Source: Candidatus Dormiibacterota bacterium (GTDB lineage Bacteria; Chloroflexota; Dormibacteria; Dormibacterales; Dormibacteraceae). From it: 64,000 nucleotides of DNA. This document shows, piece by piece, positions 1 through 9,373 of the stretch (the stretch's first letter is position 1; every line of letters begins with the position of its first letter). Position numbers and translations under genes: made by a program. The stretch is from contig DASYXY010000030.1 of NCBI GenBank assembly GCA_035934385.1, positions 374 to 64,373 of the forward strand. The letters run 5' to 3'. The notes below the pieces were generated by a model, which did not search any database, was not told where the DNA came from, and saw only the letters and a program-made list of their open reading frames with translations.

Positions 1-141
1 CCCTACATCGTGGTGATCGGACCCAAGGACATAGAGGCCGGCGTCATCTCGGTTCGCAACCGCGCGGATGAGCGGACGCAGGAAACGGTCGAGGCGTTCA
101 TCGAACGCGTGACGAAGGAGATCGCCGACCGCCGCCGCTGA
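1..141 (+). CDS. thrS: threonyl-tRNA synthetase, C-terminal fragment (5' end outside window)
   Basis: Frame 1 reads PYIVVIGPKDIEAGVISVRNRADERTQ...IADRRR to TGA at 139-141. This is the tail of a class II aaRS anticodon-binding domain. It lies upstream of infC-rpmI-rplT, as in the conserved thrS-infC cluster. Confidence 0.7.
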   Translation, partial: PYIVVIGPKDIEAGVISVRNRADERTQETVEAFIERVTKEIADRRR

Positions 142-144
142 CCG

Positions 145-1314
145 CTAGAGGCCGCCCGGGATGACGCCGCCGCAAGCGCCCTGGGCGCTGACCGGCGCGA
201 TGTTGCCCGTGGTCACGTCGCCGATTCTTGGCTGCTGCTGGGCGTCTCCGCCAGCGAGCACGTGAGAGTTGTCGACCCAGCCGCAGGCAACCATGTCGAG
301 AGCCTGCTTGGCGCCGGCGAGGGTGGTGGCGTTGTTGACTACCAGCGCGACCCTTGTGCCGTCAGGCGACAGGTAAGCCGGCGTCGGTCCCTGGATCGCG
401 AACGTCTGCACGGTTGCCCCGGTCCAGCTCAGGACGTGGACCTGACTGAACGCGCTGTTTTCGCAAAGGGCGCCCGCTGGCGTCGCCGAGCCGACGGGGA
501 TGCACGCCGTTCCCCCCAGCGTGAACTTGCGTCCAGCGGTCGTCGGGTCCACCACGTGAAGCTCCTGCGGACCGCAGCATGTCGGTCCGCCGCCCTGCGT
601 GCAGGAAGGCACCTTGGCCACCACGAGGTTGTCGCTCCCATGCCAGCCGATCGGCCACAACGTGTATGCGCCGGTCTCTGAAAACAGCTTGACGTGGTTG
701 GTGCCGCCGTTCAGGTCTTCGACGTACAGGACGGTCGTGGCGCCGCCGGTGCTGTAGGTGTTCTCGACCACGGCGATTCGCGAATCGTCGGGGCTGACAC
801 TGAACATGCTTCGAATCAAATCGCTGGTAGGCACGTGAGTGGCGATGCCTGTGACACCGTTGGGCGACAGAAAGTTGACGTTGCCCTGCTGGTCGAGGAA
901 GTACAGACGCGTGTTGCTCGTGCTCACGGGCAACGGCAGCACCGCGGCTGCTGAGCCGCCGCACGTGACCGGCGTCGGGCTGCTCGGTGTCGCGCTTGCC
1001 ACCACCTTGCCGGTGTTGTCGACGAGGCTGACGGCATAGGTGCCGGTGCCGCTGAGAGCAACCAGCACGCCGTAAAAAGCAATGGGCAACGCAGGCGCCG
1101 AGGGCGAACTGGCGGGCGAAGCGCTCTCTGACGAAGTCGGCGAAGCGGCGGGGCTCGAAGACGCCACCGGCGTTTGCCTCGCGGCCGTGCTGGACGAACC
1201 ACAGGCCGCTACGAGAAGGATGGCTACAGCGTAGGCGACGACCTTCAAGAGACCGCCGGGTATTTTGATCCCTCCCGGGTCTGTTCGCCAGGTGGCCTCT
1301 GCACCTGCCGTCAC
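145..1314 (-). CDS. putative lipoprotein with Ser/Pro-rich linker and beta-propeller-like (TolB/PD40-like) body
   Basis: 389-aa ORF. The N-terminal hydrophobic segment ends in the lipobox-like LVAACGSS, followed by a low-complexity S/P/A linker and then a beta-rich Gly/Thr/Val sequence. No specific family recognised. Confidence 0.55.
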   Translation of the reverse strand: MTAGAEATWRTDPGGIKIPGGLLKVVAYAVAILLVAACGSSSTAARQTPVASSSPAASPTSSESASPASSPSAPALPIAFYGVLVALSGTGTYAVSLVDNTGKVVASATPSSPTPVTCGGSAAAVLPLPVSTSNTRLYFLDQQGNVNFLSPNGVTGIATHVPTSDLIRSMFSVSPDDSRIAVVENTYSTGGATTVLYVEDLNGGTNHVKLFSETGAYTLWPIGWHGSDNLVVAKVPSCTQGGGPTCCGPQELHVVDPTTAGRKFTLGGTACIPVGSATPAGALCENSAFSQVHVLSWTGATVQTFAIQGPTPAYLSPDGTRVALVVNNATTLAGAKQALDMVACGWVDNSHVLAGGDAQQQPRIGDVTTGNIAPVSAQGACGGVIPGGL

Positions 1315-1391
1315 TTTTCCGGTACCATCCTCGGGCTGAAGCAGGGCACGACCCTCACCCCCAGGCGCCAGCCGAAGGGGTACAGAAAGTG

Positions 1392-1426
1392 CGGACGGCT
1401 TCCAGCTGTCCGTTTTGTTTTATTTG
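1392..1426 (+). terminator. intrinsic-terminator-like hairpin plus U-tract in the infC operon leader (possible attenuator)
   Basis: CGGACGGC / ttcca / GCTGTCCG stem (one G-U pair) is followed directly by GTTTTGTTTTATTTG. It lies 72 nt upstream of the infC start, on the infC strand. Confidence 0.5.
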
Positions 1427-1497
1427 TAGCGATTGGAGGAATAGCAGAACCCTGAATTTGACCGAGGTAGCGTCCCATACCGTTTAAGGAGCTAAGG

Positions 1498-2031
1498 ATC
1501 AACGATCAGATCCGCAGCTCCGAGGTGCGGCTGATCGATGACCAGAACAACCAGCTTGGCGTGCTTTCTCTGGACGCCGCGCTGCGCATCGCCAACGAGA
1601 AGGGATTGGACCTCGTCGAGGTGGCGCCGCAAGCGAACCCGCCGGTCTGCCGCCTGATGGACTACGGACGATTCAAGTTCGAGACCGTCAAGCGAGAGAA
1701 GGACCAGCGACGCAAGCAGAACGTCATCAAGCTCAAGGAGATGAAGCTGCGGCCGAAGGTGGCCGAGCACGATTTCCAGACCAAGTTCAAAGGGCTCAGG
1801 CAGTTCCTCGAAGCAGGCGAGAAGGTAAAGGTGACGATTATGTTCAGGGGCCGCGAGATGGTGCATCAGGACATCGGCCGCAAGATCCTCGAGAGGGTCG
1901 CCGATGACGCGCGCTCATTTGCGGTGATCGAGCGGCAGCCGCTGCTCGAGGGCAAGAACCTGTTCATGATCCTCGCGCCGAGCCGGCAGGGCGCGGTCGC
2001 TGTGCCGAAGGAGTCAGCCACCAGTGCCTAA
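1498..2031 (+). CDS. infC: translation initiation factor IF-3, probable non-canonical ATC start
   Basis: The ORF-track product (from GTG 1525) begins inside the conserved IF-3 N-terminus. The in-frame upstream sequence reads INDQIRSSEVRLIDDQNNQLGV..., which matches the IF-3 N-terminus. The frame opens after TAG 1468-1470. ATC 1498 lies 6 nt after AAGGAG (1486-1491). There is no ATG/GTG/TTG in between. Confidence 0.9.
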   Translation: MNDQIRSSEVRLIDDQNNQLGVLSLDAALRIANEKGLDLVEVAPQANPPVCRLMDYGRFKFETVKREKDQRRKQNVIKLKEMKLRPKVAEHDFQTKFKGLRQFLEAGEKVKVTIMFRGREMVHQDIGRKILERVADDARSFAVIERQPLLEGKNLFMILAPSRQGAVAVPKESATSA

Positions 2032-2218
2032 GCTGAAGACCCGCAAGGGAATCGCCAAGCGGGTGCGCGTCACGCGCAACGGCAAGATCGTGCGCCGCAA
2101 CTCCTGGATGAGCCACCGGCTGCACCAGAAGTCGAAGACGCACAAGCGCAAGGACCACACGGAGCAGAAGGTCGCGAAGGGCGACCGCAAGGCCGTGAAG
2201 CGGGCGCTGGGGGTCTAA
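2024..2218 (+). CDS. rpmI: 50S ribosomal protein L35
   Basis: [25 protein letters not shown]... is a typical L35. It sits between infC and rplT. Confidence 0.95.
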   Translation: MPKLKTRKGIAKRVRVTRNGKIVRRNSWMSHRLHQKSKTHKRKDHTEQKVAKGDRKAVKRALGV

Positions 2219-2225
2219 GTCCGAG

Positions 2226-2579
2226 ATGGCACGAGTCAAGCGCGGCGTACCGGCGCACCGCCGCCACAAGGGGATCCTCGACCGGGCCAAGGGCTTCCGG
2301 CTTTCCAAGAAGCTGCTCTTCCGACCTGCCAACGAGGCGGTGCTGCACGCGCTTGCCTATGCGTTCCGCGATCGCCGCCGGCGCAAGCGCGAGATGCGAC
2401 AGCTGTGGATCGCTCGGATCAATGCCGCCTCGAGGCAGTCGGGGCTGCCCTACAACAAGCTGATGCACGGCCTTCGCCAGGCCGGAGTGGAGATCGACCG
2501 CAAGATGCTGGCTGACCTGGCCGTGCGCGACAGCGGTTCCTTTGCCCGGCTGGTGGAGGTTGCCAAGAACAACCTCTAG
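2226..2579 (+). CDS. rplT: 50S ribosomal protein L20
   Basis: [25 protein letters not shown]... is a typical L20. Confidence 0.95.
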   Translation: MARVKRGVPAHRRHKGILDRAKGFRLSKKLLFRPANEAVLHALAYAFRDRRRRKREMRQLWIARINAASRQSGLPYNKLMHGLRQAGVEIDRKMLADLAVRDSGSFARLVEVAKNNL

Positions 2580-3315
2580 TCAGCCGCTAATCAGCAGCCC
2601 GGACAACGAGGTCGTCCGCCGGTTGCGGCGCCTCGCGTCCCGGCGCGAGCCAGGTCTCGCCCTCCTGGAAGGTCCGCGCGTGCTCAGGGAGGCGAAAGCG
2701 GCGGGGCTGGAGTTCGAGCTGATCGCGGTCCGTGAAGGCGGCAAGCTCCCATTTCATTCCGAGTCGCGGGTCACGCTCACAGCGGCGGCCTATCGTGCCG
2801 CCACCCAGACGGTCACGCCACAGGGCGTGATGGCCGTCGCCCACGTGCACGAAGCGTCCGCGGCTGAAGCGGTTACGGCTGCGCGCAGCGCGAGCTGGCC
2901 TCTGGTCGTGCTCGACCGCGTGCAGGACCCTGGCAACGTGGGCGCGATCTGCCGCACCGCCGCAGCCGCGGGAGCGCCGGCGCTTGCGGTGCTGAGCGGC
3001 ACGGCTGATCCTTTCGGCGCCAAGGCCGTGCGCGCGTCGGCCGGCAACGTGTTCAGGCTGGTGGTCGCGCGGGCGGCCTGGTCCGACCTCGTCGATCTCG
3101 TCGGCTACGGCGCCGCGTCGAGCGGCGGGGCGACGCTCGCGGCCGCACCCGTGGAAAATGCGGCCATGATCGTGTTCGGCAGCGAGGCGCACGGTCTGTC
3201 GCGGGGTGACCTGAAGCTGGTCACGATTCCGGTGGGTCGTGGCGTCGAATCACTGAACGTTGCGGCCGCGGCCGCGGTGATCCTGTTCGAGATCGCGCGC
3301 AGGAAGGCCGCATGA
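2542..3315 (+). CDS. TrmH/SpoU-family RNA 2'-O-methyltransferase (start uncertain)
   Basis: It has an N-terminal [15 protein letters not shown] substrate-binding-type segment and a C-terminal SPOUT motif ([10 protein letters not shown]...[22 protein letters not shown]). TTG 2542 overlaps rplT by 38 nt. Confidence 0.8.
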   Translation: MPGWWRLPRTTSSQPLISSPDNEVVRRLRRLASRREPGLALLEGPRVLREAKAAGLEFELIAVREGGKLPFHSESRVTLTAAAYRAATQTVTPQGVMAVAHVHEASAAEAVTAARSASWPLVVLDRVQDPGNVGAICRTAAAAGAPALAVLSGTADPFGAKAVRASAGNVFRLVVARAAWSDLVDLVGYGAASSGGATLAAAPVENAAMIVFGSEAHGLSRGDLKLVTIPVGRGVESLNVAAAAAVILFEIARRKAA

Positions 3316-4343
3316 GCGAAGCGACCAGGCTTCGCGACACCGCGCTGGCGGCGATTGCGCAGGCGCGCGATGGGGCCGAGCTGGAAGCGATCGAGGTCGA
3401 GTACCTCGGCCGCCGCGACGGAAAGATCTCCCGTCAGCTGCTGTCAGGGATCGCTCAGCTCGATCCCTCACAGCGGGCTACGCTTGGGCAGGAGGCCAAC
3501 GAGGCCAAGAGGGCGGTTGAGGCCGCGCTCGCGGCTCGGCGGGCTGAGCACGAGGCGGCGCGGCTCGCGGACATCGGTGAGACCGAGGAGATCGACATCA
3601 CGTTCCCCGCGCCCGAGCTCAAGCGCGGCCATGCGCACGTCGTGAGCCAGGTGCGCAGGGAGCTCGAGGTGATCTTTGCGCGCATCGGCTACACGGTCGA
3701 GGAAGGGCCGGAGATCGAAAGCGACTGGTACAACTTCGAAGCTCTCAACCTGCCCAAGGGCCACGCGTCACGCGATGTGCAGGAGACGTTCTTCCTCGAC
3801 GCCGACGAAGAGATCGTGCTGCGAACCCACACGTCACCTGTGCAGATCCGGGCGATGCAGCGCATCGGCACGCCGCCGATCTACATCATCGCGCCCGGCC
3901 GTGTGTACAGACGCGACAACTTGGACGCCACTCATCTTCCTTACTTCATGCAGCTGGAAGGCCTTGCCGTCGACGAGGGACTGACGGTCGGTGACCTGAA
4001 GGGCACGCTGATGTACATGGTCCAGTCGCTGTTCGGTCGCGAGCGCAAGGTGCGCATGCGTCCACATCACTTCGGGTACACCGAACCGAGCTATGAGTTC
4101 GACACGATGTGCGGTCGCTGCATGGGGAAGGGATGCCGCAGCTGCGGCGGCCAGGGCTGGCTCGAAACGGGCGGATGCGGAATGGTCCACCCGCAGGTGC
4201 TGCGCAACGGGGGCATCGACCCCGATCGCTACTCCGGCTACGCGTGGGGCTTCGGCATCGAGCGCATGGCGCTATTGAAGTACGACATCGAGGACCTCCG
4301 CCTGTTCTATGAAAACGACTTGCGTTTCAACAGGCAGTTTTAG
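3312..4343 (+). CDS. pheS: phenylalanyl-tRNA synthetase alpha subunit
   Basis: Class II motifs are present (FRRDNLDATHLPYFMQLEG, GFGIERMALLKY). ATGA overlap with the upstream gene. Confidence 0.95.
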   Translation: MSEATRLRDTALAAIAQARDGAELEAIEVEYLGRRDGKISRQLLSGIAQLDPSQRATLGQEANEAKRAVEAALAARRAEHEAARLADIGETEEIDITFPAPELKRGHAHVVSQVRRELEVIFARIGYTVEEGPEIESDWYNFEALNLPKGHASRDVQETFFLDADEEIVLRTHTSPVQIRAMQRIGTPPIYIIAPGRVYRRDNLDATHLPYFMQLEGLAVDEGLTVGDLKGTLMYMVQSLFGRERKVRMRPHHFGYTEPSYEFDTMCGRCMGKGCRSCGGQGWLETGGCGMVHPQVLRNGGIDPDRYSGYAWGFGIERMALLKYDIEDLRLFYENDLRFNRQF

Positions 4344-6719
4344 ATGCGCATCTCCTACGAGTGGCTGGGCGAATACGTCGACACTAAGGGGCTGAGTCCC
4401 GTGGAGGCAGCCGACTTCCTGACGATGTCCGGCACCAAGATCGAGTCGGTCCAGGTCATCGATCTGTCAGCGATCATCGTTGGCCGCGTGCTCGAGCAGA
4501 AGGACCACCCGAGCTCGAACAAGCCGCTCTGGATCCACCAGGTCGAGGTCGGCGGGGGCAAGGTGATCCAGATCATCGCCGGCGCTCCGAACGCTGTGGC
4601 CGGAACGCTCGTGCCCGTAGCGCTTCCAGGCACGCGGGTGCCGAGCGGCACTCTCGTCCGCGACGCCAAGATCGCGGGCCAGGCGGGCCAGGGCATGCTG
4701 TGCTCCGCGGACGAGCTCCTGCTGGGCGAGGAGCGCGAGCCCAGGATCATGCTGCTCGACCGCGGCGAGCCAGGAGAATCGCTGGCCAAGTACATCCCGC
4801 CCGACGCGATCCTCGAGGCCGAGATCACACCCAACCGGCCCGACTGTCTCGGCCACATCGGCGTAGCCCGCGAGCTTGGTGCGGCGGCCGGCCGCGAGTT
4901 CAAAGCGAACTTCATGCCGCCGTACATCGAGGGCGTGCAGCCGCCGGCGAGCGAGCTCATCGACATCGCCATCGAAGTCCCTGACCTGTGCAGTCGTTTC
5001 GTCGCGGTTCCAGTGACCGGGTTGAAGGTCGGGCCGAGCCCCGACTGGGTTCAGCGCCGCCTGCGCGCCGCCGGCGTGCGACCTATCAGCAATGTCGTCG
5101 ACGCCACCGCCTACGTGATGCTCGAACACGCCAAGCCGACGCACGTGTTCGACGCCGCAAAGCTGGCGGGCAAGCAGCTTCATGTACGCGAAGCGCGTGA
5201 CGGCGAATCCCTGCTGTGCCTCGATGGGCAGACGCGAAAGGTCGGCCCCGGCATGCTCGTGGTCGCCGACGCCAAGGGTCCGGTTGCCATCGGAGGGATC
5301 ATCGGCGGCGAGGAGAGCGGCGTCTCCGAAAGCACCACCGACGTGGTCATCGAGTCGGCCGGATGGAACGGCGTCAACATTCGCGCCACCTCGCGGGCCC
5401 TCGGCCTGCGCACCGAGGCCTCACTCCGCCACGAGAAGGGCCTTGCACCGGAGATGGCGATGGCGGCCGCCCGCCGCGCCGCGGCGCTGGTGCGCGATTG
5501 GGCCGGCGGGAAGGTGCACGCAGACTGGGTCGACGTCTACCCGCGGCCGCAGGAGCCGGTTCGCATCCAGCTCGAACCGCAGAAGATCGACGGTCTGCTG
5601 GGCGTCCGGGTTCCACCCGACGAATCGCAGCGCATCCTTCGCGACCTCGACTTCCAGGTTCGCGACGACGATGGGACGTGGGATGTGCTGCCCCCGGTGT
5701 TCCGTGTCGACGTGGAACTCCCGGAGGACGTCGTCGAGGAGGTGGGGCGCATCTACGGCATCACCCGCATCCCGGCCACGCTGCCTGGCTCACGGCACAC
5801 CAGTTGGAACATCGCGCCGGCCGAGGACAACCACTGGATGCTGCGCGAGGTGCTACTTGGTGCGGGCTTCGACGAGGTGGTCACGCCGGCGCTCGTCTCG
5901 CACCGGTCCCTGCAGCGGCTTGGCCTCGCGGAAGGTGCGCGGACGCTGTTCAACCCGATGAGCGACGAGATGGACTCGATGAGGACCTCGCTGCTCCCTT
6001 CCTTGCTCTCAGTGGCTCGTTACAACCAGAACAGGATTTCGGAACGGGTTGACGTGTTCGAGCTCGCGCGGGTTTATCGCGGCAGCCGTGCGGACGGGCT
6101 TGCCGACGAACAGATCCACCTGACAGCTCTCGCGCGGGTCGACTCTGCCGCGGATGCAGGGAGACGTGGGTTTCTGCGTTTGAAGTCGGCGATGGACCGC
6201 TTGGCGCAGGACCTCGTCGCCGGCACCGTGCGTTACCTGCGCGAGGCGCCGCACCTGTATCACCCGGGCCGGACGGCGTCGATCGTGGTTGGCGGCAAGG
6301 CGATCGGTGTCGTAGGCGAGCTTCATCCGTCAACGCTGGCCGTGTTCGACCTGGACGGCCGCGCGGTGGCGCTCGACGTCGATGTCGAGGCGCTGATCGC
6401 AGCACGCGGCGACCGCAAGGCCACCGAGCTGCCCCGCTTCCCCGCGATCCAGCGCGACATCGCGGTCGTGGTCGACATGAGCGTTACTGCCGGCGAGCTG
6501 CACCGCGCAATCAAAGAGTCAGCCGGCAACTCGCTGGAGAGCGTGCGCGCGTTCGACGAATACCGCGGCGACCAGGCCGGCGAGGGCCGCAAGAGCATCG
6601 CGTTCACCTTGACTTTCCGGAGCCCCGAGCGCACCCTGACGGACGCCGAAGTGGAGAGGGTGATGTCTGACGTCCGGAAACGGCTGGAGAAAAAGCACGG
6701 GGCCAGGTTCCGTTCATGA
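4344..6719 (+). CDS. pheT: phenylalanyl-tRNA synthetase beta subunit
   Basis: 791 aa. Starts MRISYEWLGEYVD, with B3/4, B5 and FDX-ACB-type C-terminal segments. It follows pheS directly. Confidence 0.95.
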   Translation: MRISYEWLGEYVDTKGLSPVEAADFLTMSGTKIESVQVIDLSAIIVGRVLEQKDHPSSNKPLWIHQVEVGGGKVIQIIAGAPNAVAGTLVPVALPGTRVPSGTLVRDAKIAGQAGQGMLCSADELLLGEEREPRIMLLDRGEPGESLAKYIPPDAILEAEITPNRPDCLGHIGVARELGAAAGREFKANFMPPYIEGVQPPASELIDIAIEVPDLCSRFVAVPVTGLKVGPSPDWVQRRLRAAGVRPISNVVDATAYVMLEHAKPTHVFDAAKLAGKQLHVREARDGESLLCLDGQTRKVGPGMLVVADAKGPVAIGGIIGGEESGVSESTTDVVIESAGWNGVNIRATSRALGLRTEASLRHEKGLAPEMAMAAARRAAALVRDWAGGKVHADWVDVYPRPQEPVRIQLEPQKIDGLLGVRVPPDESQRILRDLDFQVRDDDGTWDVLPPVFRVDVELPEDVVEEVGRIYGITRIPATLPGSRHTSWNIAPAEDNHWMLREVLLGAGFDEVVTPALVSHRSLQRLGLAEGARTLFNPMSDEMDSMRTSLLPSLLSVARYNQNRISERVDVFELARVYRGSRADGLADEQIHLTALARVDSAADAGRRGFLRLKSAMDRLAQDLVAGTVRYLREAPHLYHPGRTASIVVGGKAIGVVGELHPSTLAVFDLDGRAVALDVDVEALIAARGDRKATELPRFPAIQRDIAVVVDMSVTAGELHRAIKESAGNSLESVRAFDEYRGDQAGEGRKSIAFTLTFRSPERTLTDAEVERVMSDVRKRLEKKHGARFRS

Positions 6720-7267
6720 CCTGGGTCGACATCCTGCCGCTGGCCTTGATCGTCATCTACGGCGTCCTCGGCCTCTTCACCGGCGTGCTTCGGCGGGTCA
6801 TCGGGTTGATTGCCGTCTACATCGGCTGCATCGCCGCGACAGGCATGGGGCTGCAGGCCGCAAACATCATCCAGCAGGCGTCCACCACGGAGCTGCCTGA
6901 CGCGCGCATCTACGGGTTCTTCGGTCTGCTGCTCGTCGTCCTGCTGGCGGTCGACGGCGCCGCGCAGCTGGCACATCGCCAGATCCAGATCGAGGCGATC
7001 GTCTGGAACCGCGTCTCAGGCGTGCTGGTCGGCATCCTCACAGCGGTGCTGCTGTCGGTGGTCGTCACCTATGAGCTGCAGGCGGCGGGGCACCCCAGCG
7101 GCGGCGGTCAGCTCGCAGGCACCCAGGCGCAGATCCGAGCCGCCGTCGACGGATCAAAGATCGCCGTCCCGCTCGTCAACTCGCTGGGCCGGCCGATAAT
7201 CGCGGTGTTCCAGCCCGCGCTCCCGTTCGACCCGCACCAGTACTTCAGCCGCGGGATAGTAAGCTAG
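6716..7267 (+). CDS. CvpA-family membrane protein
   Basis: 183 aa, four hydrophobic spans, N-terminus MTWVDILPLALIVIYGVLGLFTGVLRR is typical of the CvpA family. ATGA overlap with pheT. Confidence 0.6.
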   Translation: MTWVDILPLALIVIYGVLGLFTGVLRRVIGLIAVYIGCIAATGMGLQAANIIQQASTTELPDARIYGFFGLLLVVLLAVDGAAQLAHRQIQIEAIVWNRVSGVLVGILTAVLLSVVVTYELQAAGHPSGGGQLAGTQAQIRAAVDGSKIAVPLVNSLGRPIIAVFQPALPFDPHQYFSRGIVS

Positions 7268-7308
7268 CGCCCGCTCTGTCTTTCTTCGAAGACCTGCGCG
7301 AGCGCGCG

Positions 7309-8430
7309 GTGGAGATCCACGTCGAGGACCATCTGCGTGCGCGGCTCGAGCGCGGCGACCACCTGCGCGTCAAGCTCGGGCTCGACCCGACGGCGCCCGA
7401 CATCCATGTCGGACACCTTGTGGTCCTGGACATCCTGCGCGCGTTCCAGGATCACGGGCATACGGTGGTCCTCATCGTCGGCGACTTCACCGCGATGATC
7501 GGCGACCCGAGCGGGCGCTCGGAGACGCGGCCGATCCTCACACGCGAACAGGTCGACGCGAACGCGAAGACCTATTTCGATCAGATCTTCCTGGTGCTCG
7601 ACCGCGACAAGACGGAGGTCCACGGCAATGCCGAGTGGCTCGGGGAGCTGAGCTCCGCCGACGTGCTGCGCCTGCTCGGCAAGGCGACGCTGCAACAGGT
7701 GCTGCAGCGAGAGGATTTCGCCCAGCGCTTGAAGGAAGGCGCGGCCATCGGCGCGCACGAGATCCTCTATCCGTTCAACCAGGCATACGACTCAGTGGCC
7801 GTCCGGGCCGACGTCGAGATCGGCGGCACCGATCAGCTCTTCAACCTGCTGTTCGGCCGCGAGATCCAGAAGGCCTACGGACAGGAGCCGCAGGACATCG
7901 CGGTCTTTCCGCTTCTCGAAGGGCTCGACGGCGAGCAGAAGATGTCGAAGTCGCTCGGGAACTACATCGGCGTGAGCGAAGCGCCGGAGCAGATCTATGG
8001 CAAGACGATGTCCATCCCGGACCGCCTTCTGGAGAAGTACGTGAGGCTGACGTCAGGACTTCAGCATCCCGAGATGAACGCGATGCTCGGGCTGAAGCCT
8101 CGAGATGCCAAGGCGGCGCTGGCTCGCCGTCTCGTGCAGAGGCTGCACGGGGAGGCAGCCGCCGCACACGCCGAACAGGACTTCGAGACAAAGTTCCGGC
8201 GCCGCGAGGTGCCGGAGGATGTGGCCGAACGCAGCGTCGCGGACCTCGAGGACCTGCCAGGCGCTCTGGTGGAAGCGGGGCTGGCGCGCAGCCGAGGCGA
8301 TGCACGGCGTCTCATCGACCAGGGCGGCGTTCGCGTGAACGGAGAGAAGATCGGGCTCGACTGGAAGCTGCGCGACGGCGATGTCGTCCAGGCAGGTAAG
8401 AGAAACTTCGTTCGAATCCGGAAGCGATAG
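7309..8430 (+). CDS. tyrS: tyrosyl-tRNA synthetase (true start may lie a few codons upstream)
   Basis: HVGH (HIGH) and KMSKS motifs plus a C-terminal S4-like domain. The in-frame upstream residues LSFFEDLRERAVEI still resemble the TyrRS N-terminus, but the only start-like codon there is CTG 7276. Confidence 0.9.
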   Translation: MEIHVEDHLRARLERGDHLRVKLGLDPTAPDIHVGHLVVLDILRAFQDHGHTVVLIVGDFTAMIGDPSGRSETRPILTREQVDANAKTYFDQIFLVLDRDKTEVHGNAEWLGELSSADVLRLLGKATLQQVLQREDFAQRLKEGAAIGAHEILYPFNQAYDSVAVRADVEIGGTDQLFNLLFGREIQKAYGQEPQDIAVFPLLEGLDGEQKMSKSLGNYIGVSEAPEQIYGKTMSIPDRLLEKYVRLTSGLQHPEMNAMLGLKPRDAKAALARRLVQRLHGEAAAAHAEQDFETKFRRREVPEDVAERSVADLEDLPGALVEAGLARSRGDARRLIDQGGVRVNGEKIGLDWKLRDGDVVQAGKRNFVRIRKR

Positions 8431-8436
8431 AATCGA

Positions 8437-8450
8437 CGAAAGTATGTTCG
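8437..8450 (+). promoter_or_regulatory. candidate LexA (Cheo-type) box upstream of yebC-ruvCAB, one mismatch
   Basis: CGAAAGTATGTTCG compared with CGAAC-N4-GTTCG. It lies 3 nt downstream of TAGAAT (8428-8433) and 17 nt upstream of the yebC GTG. Confidence 0.4.
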
Positions 8451-8466
8451 GAGGCTGCTCTTAGTC

Positions 8467-9225
8467 GTGTCCGGCCATTCGAAATGGGCCGGCATCAAGC
8501 ACAAGAAGGCTGTCGTCGACGCCAAGCGGGGGCAGGCGTTCACGCGCGCAAGCCGTGAGATCACGATCGCGGCGAAGGAGGGCGGCGGCAACCCCGACGG
8601 CAACTTCCGGCTGAGGCTTGCGATCCAGAAGGCGCGCGAGATCAACATGCCGACGGACCGCATCCAGGGCGCGATCAAGCGAGGCACTGGTGAGCTGGCG
8701 GGCGAGAAGCTCGAGGAGATCCGCTACGAGGGCTACGGCCCGGCAGGCGTGGCGATCATGGTCGACGCACTTTCCGACAACCGCAACCGCACGTCGGCGT
8801 CAATCCGCCACCGCTTCTCGAAGGGCGGCGGCAACCTCGCGGAATCGAACGCAGTCGGGTGGATGTTCGAGCGCAAAGGCGCGATCTCGGCTTCGGCCGG
8901 CAAGCAGGACCCGGAGGATGTCGGGCTTGCGGCCATCGAAGCCGGCGCAGACGACGTCCAGGTCGAGGGCAAGTCTGTGGACATCACCACGTCGCCGAAC
9001 TCATTTGAGAGGGTGAAGGCGGCGCTCGAGGCGATGGCCGGCGTGACGATTGACAACGCCGAGGTCACGATGCAGCCCAAACAGACTGTCGCCGTCGACG
9101 AGGTCAAGGCGGCCGCGGTGCTGCGTTTGATGGAATCACTGGAGGAGGACGACGACGTCCAGCAGGTCTACGCGAATTTCGACATCCCAGCCGACGTCCT
9201 TGAAAGAGTCTCAGCACAGGTATGA
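8467..9225 (+). CDS. yebC: YebC/PmpR-family DNA-binding regulator
   Basis: MSGHSKWAGIKHKKAVVDAKRGQAFTR... is the canonical YebC N-terminus. Confidence 0.9.
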   Translation: MSGHSKWAGIKHKKAVVDAKRGQAFTRASREITIAAKEGGGNPDGNFRLRLAIQKAREINMPTDRIQGAIKRGTGELAGEKLEEIRYEGYGPAGVAIMVDALSDNRNRTSASIRHRFSKGGGNLAESNAVGWMFERKGAISASAGKQDPEDVGLAAIEAGADDVQVEGKSVDITTSPNSFERVKAALEAMAGVTIDNAEVTMQPKQTVAVDEVKAAAVLRLMESLEEDDDVQQVYANFDIPADVLERVSAQV

Positions 9226-9373
9226 ATGCAAAGAGTTGATGGGTCGCAAGTAGGCCGGATTCACTCCGGCCGTCTCCTAGCGTGCACTTCGTACGAACCA
9301 CCTCGCGTGGCGGGGCGAAACCCGGGATGGGGCCCCGCGGGGAAGGGCCGCAGCCCTTACCCGCGCTGTTCTA

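Noticed and set aside
4090-4200. Cys-rich insertion in PheS (CGRCMGKGCRSCGGQGWLETGGCG)
   Set aside because: It is a zinc-binding insertion that I recall seeing at this position in other bacterial PheS proteins. It is not unusual.
8407-8424. tRNA T-arm-like sequence CGTTCGAATCCGGAAG
   Set aside because: It lies inside the tyrS coding frame (NFVRIRKR). There are no flanking acceptor, D or anticodon arms. The match is coincidental.
9226-9373. Two hairpins in the yebC-ruvC spacer (GGCCGGA/ttcac/TCCGGCC at 9253-9271, and CGCGGG-AAGGGC/cgca/GCCCTT-CCCGCG at 9336-9365)
   Set aside because: Neither has a U-tract and I recognise no known motif. They may simply be GC-rich spacer structure within the operon. 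Noted but not called as terminators.
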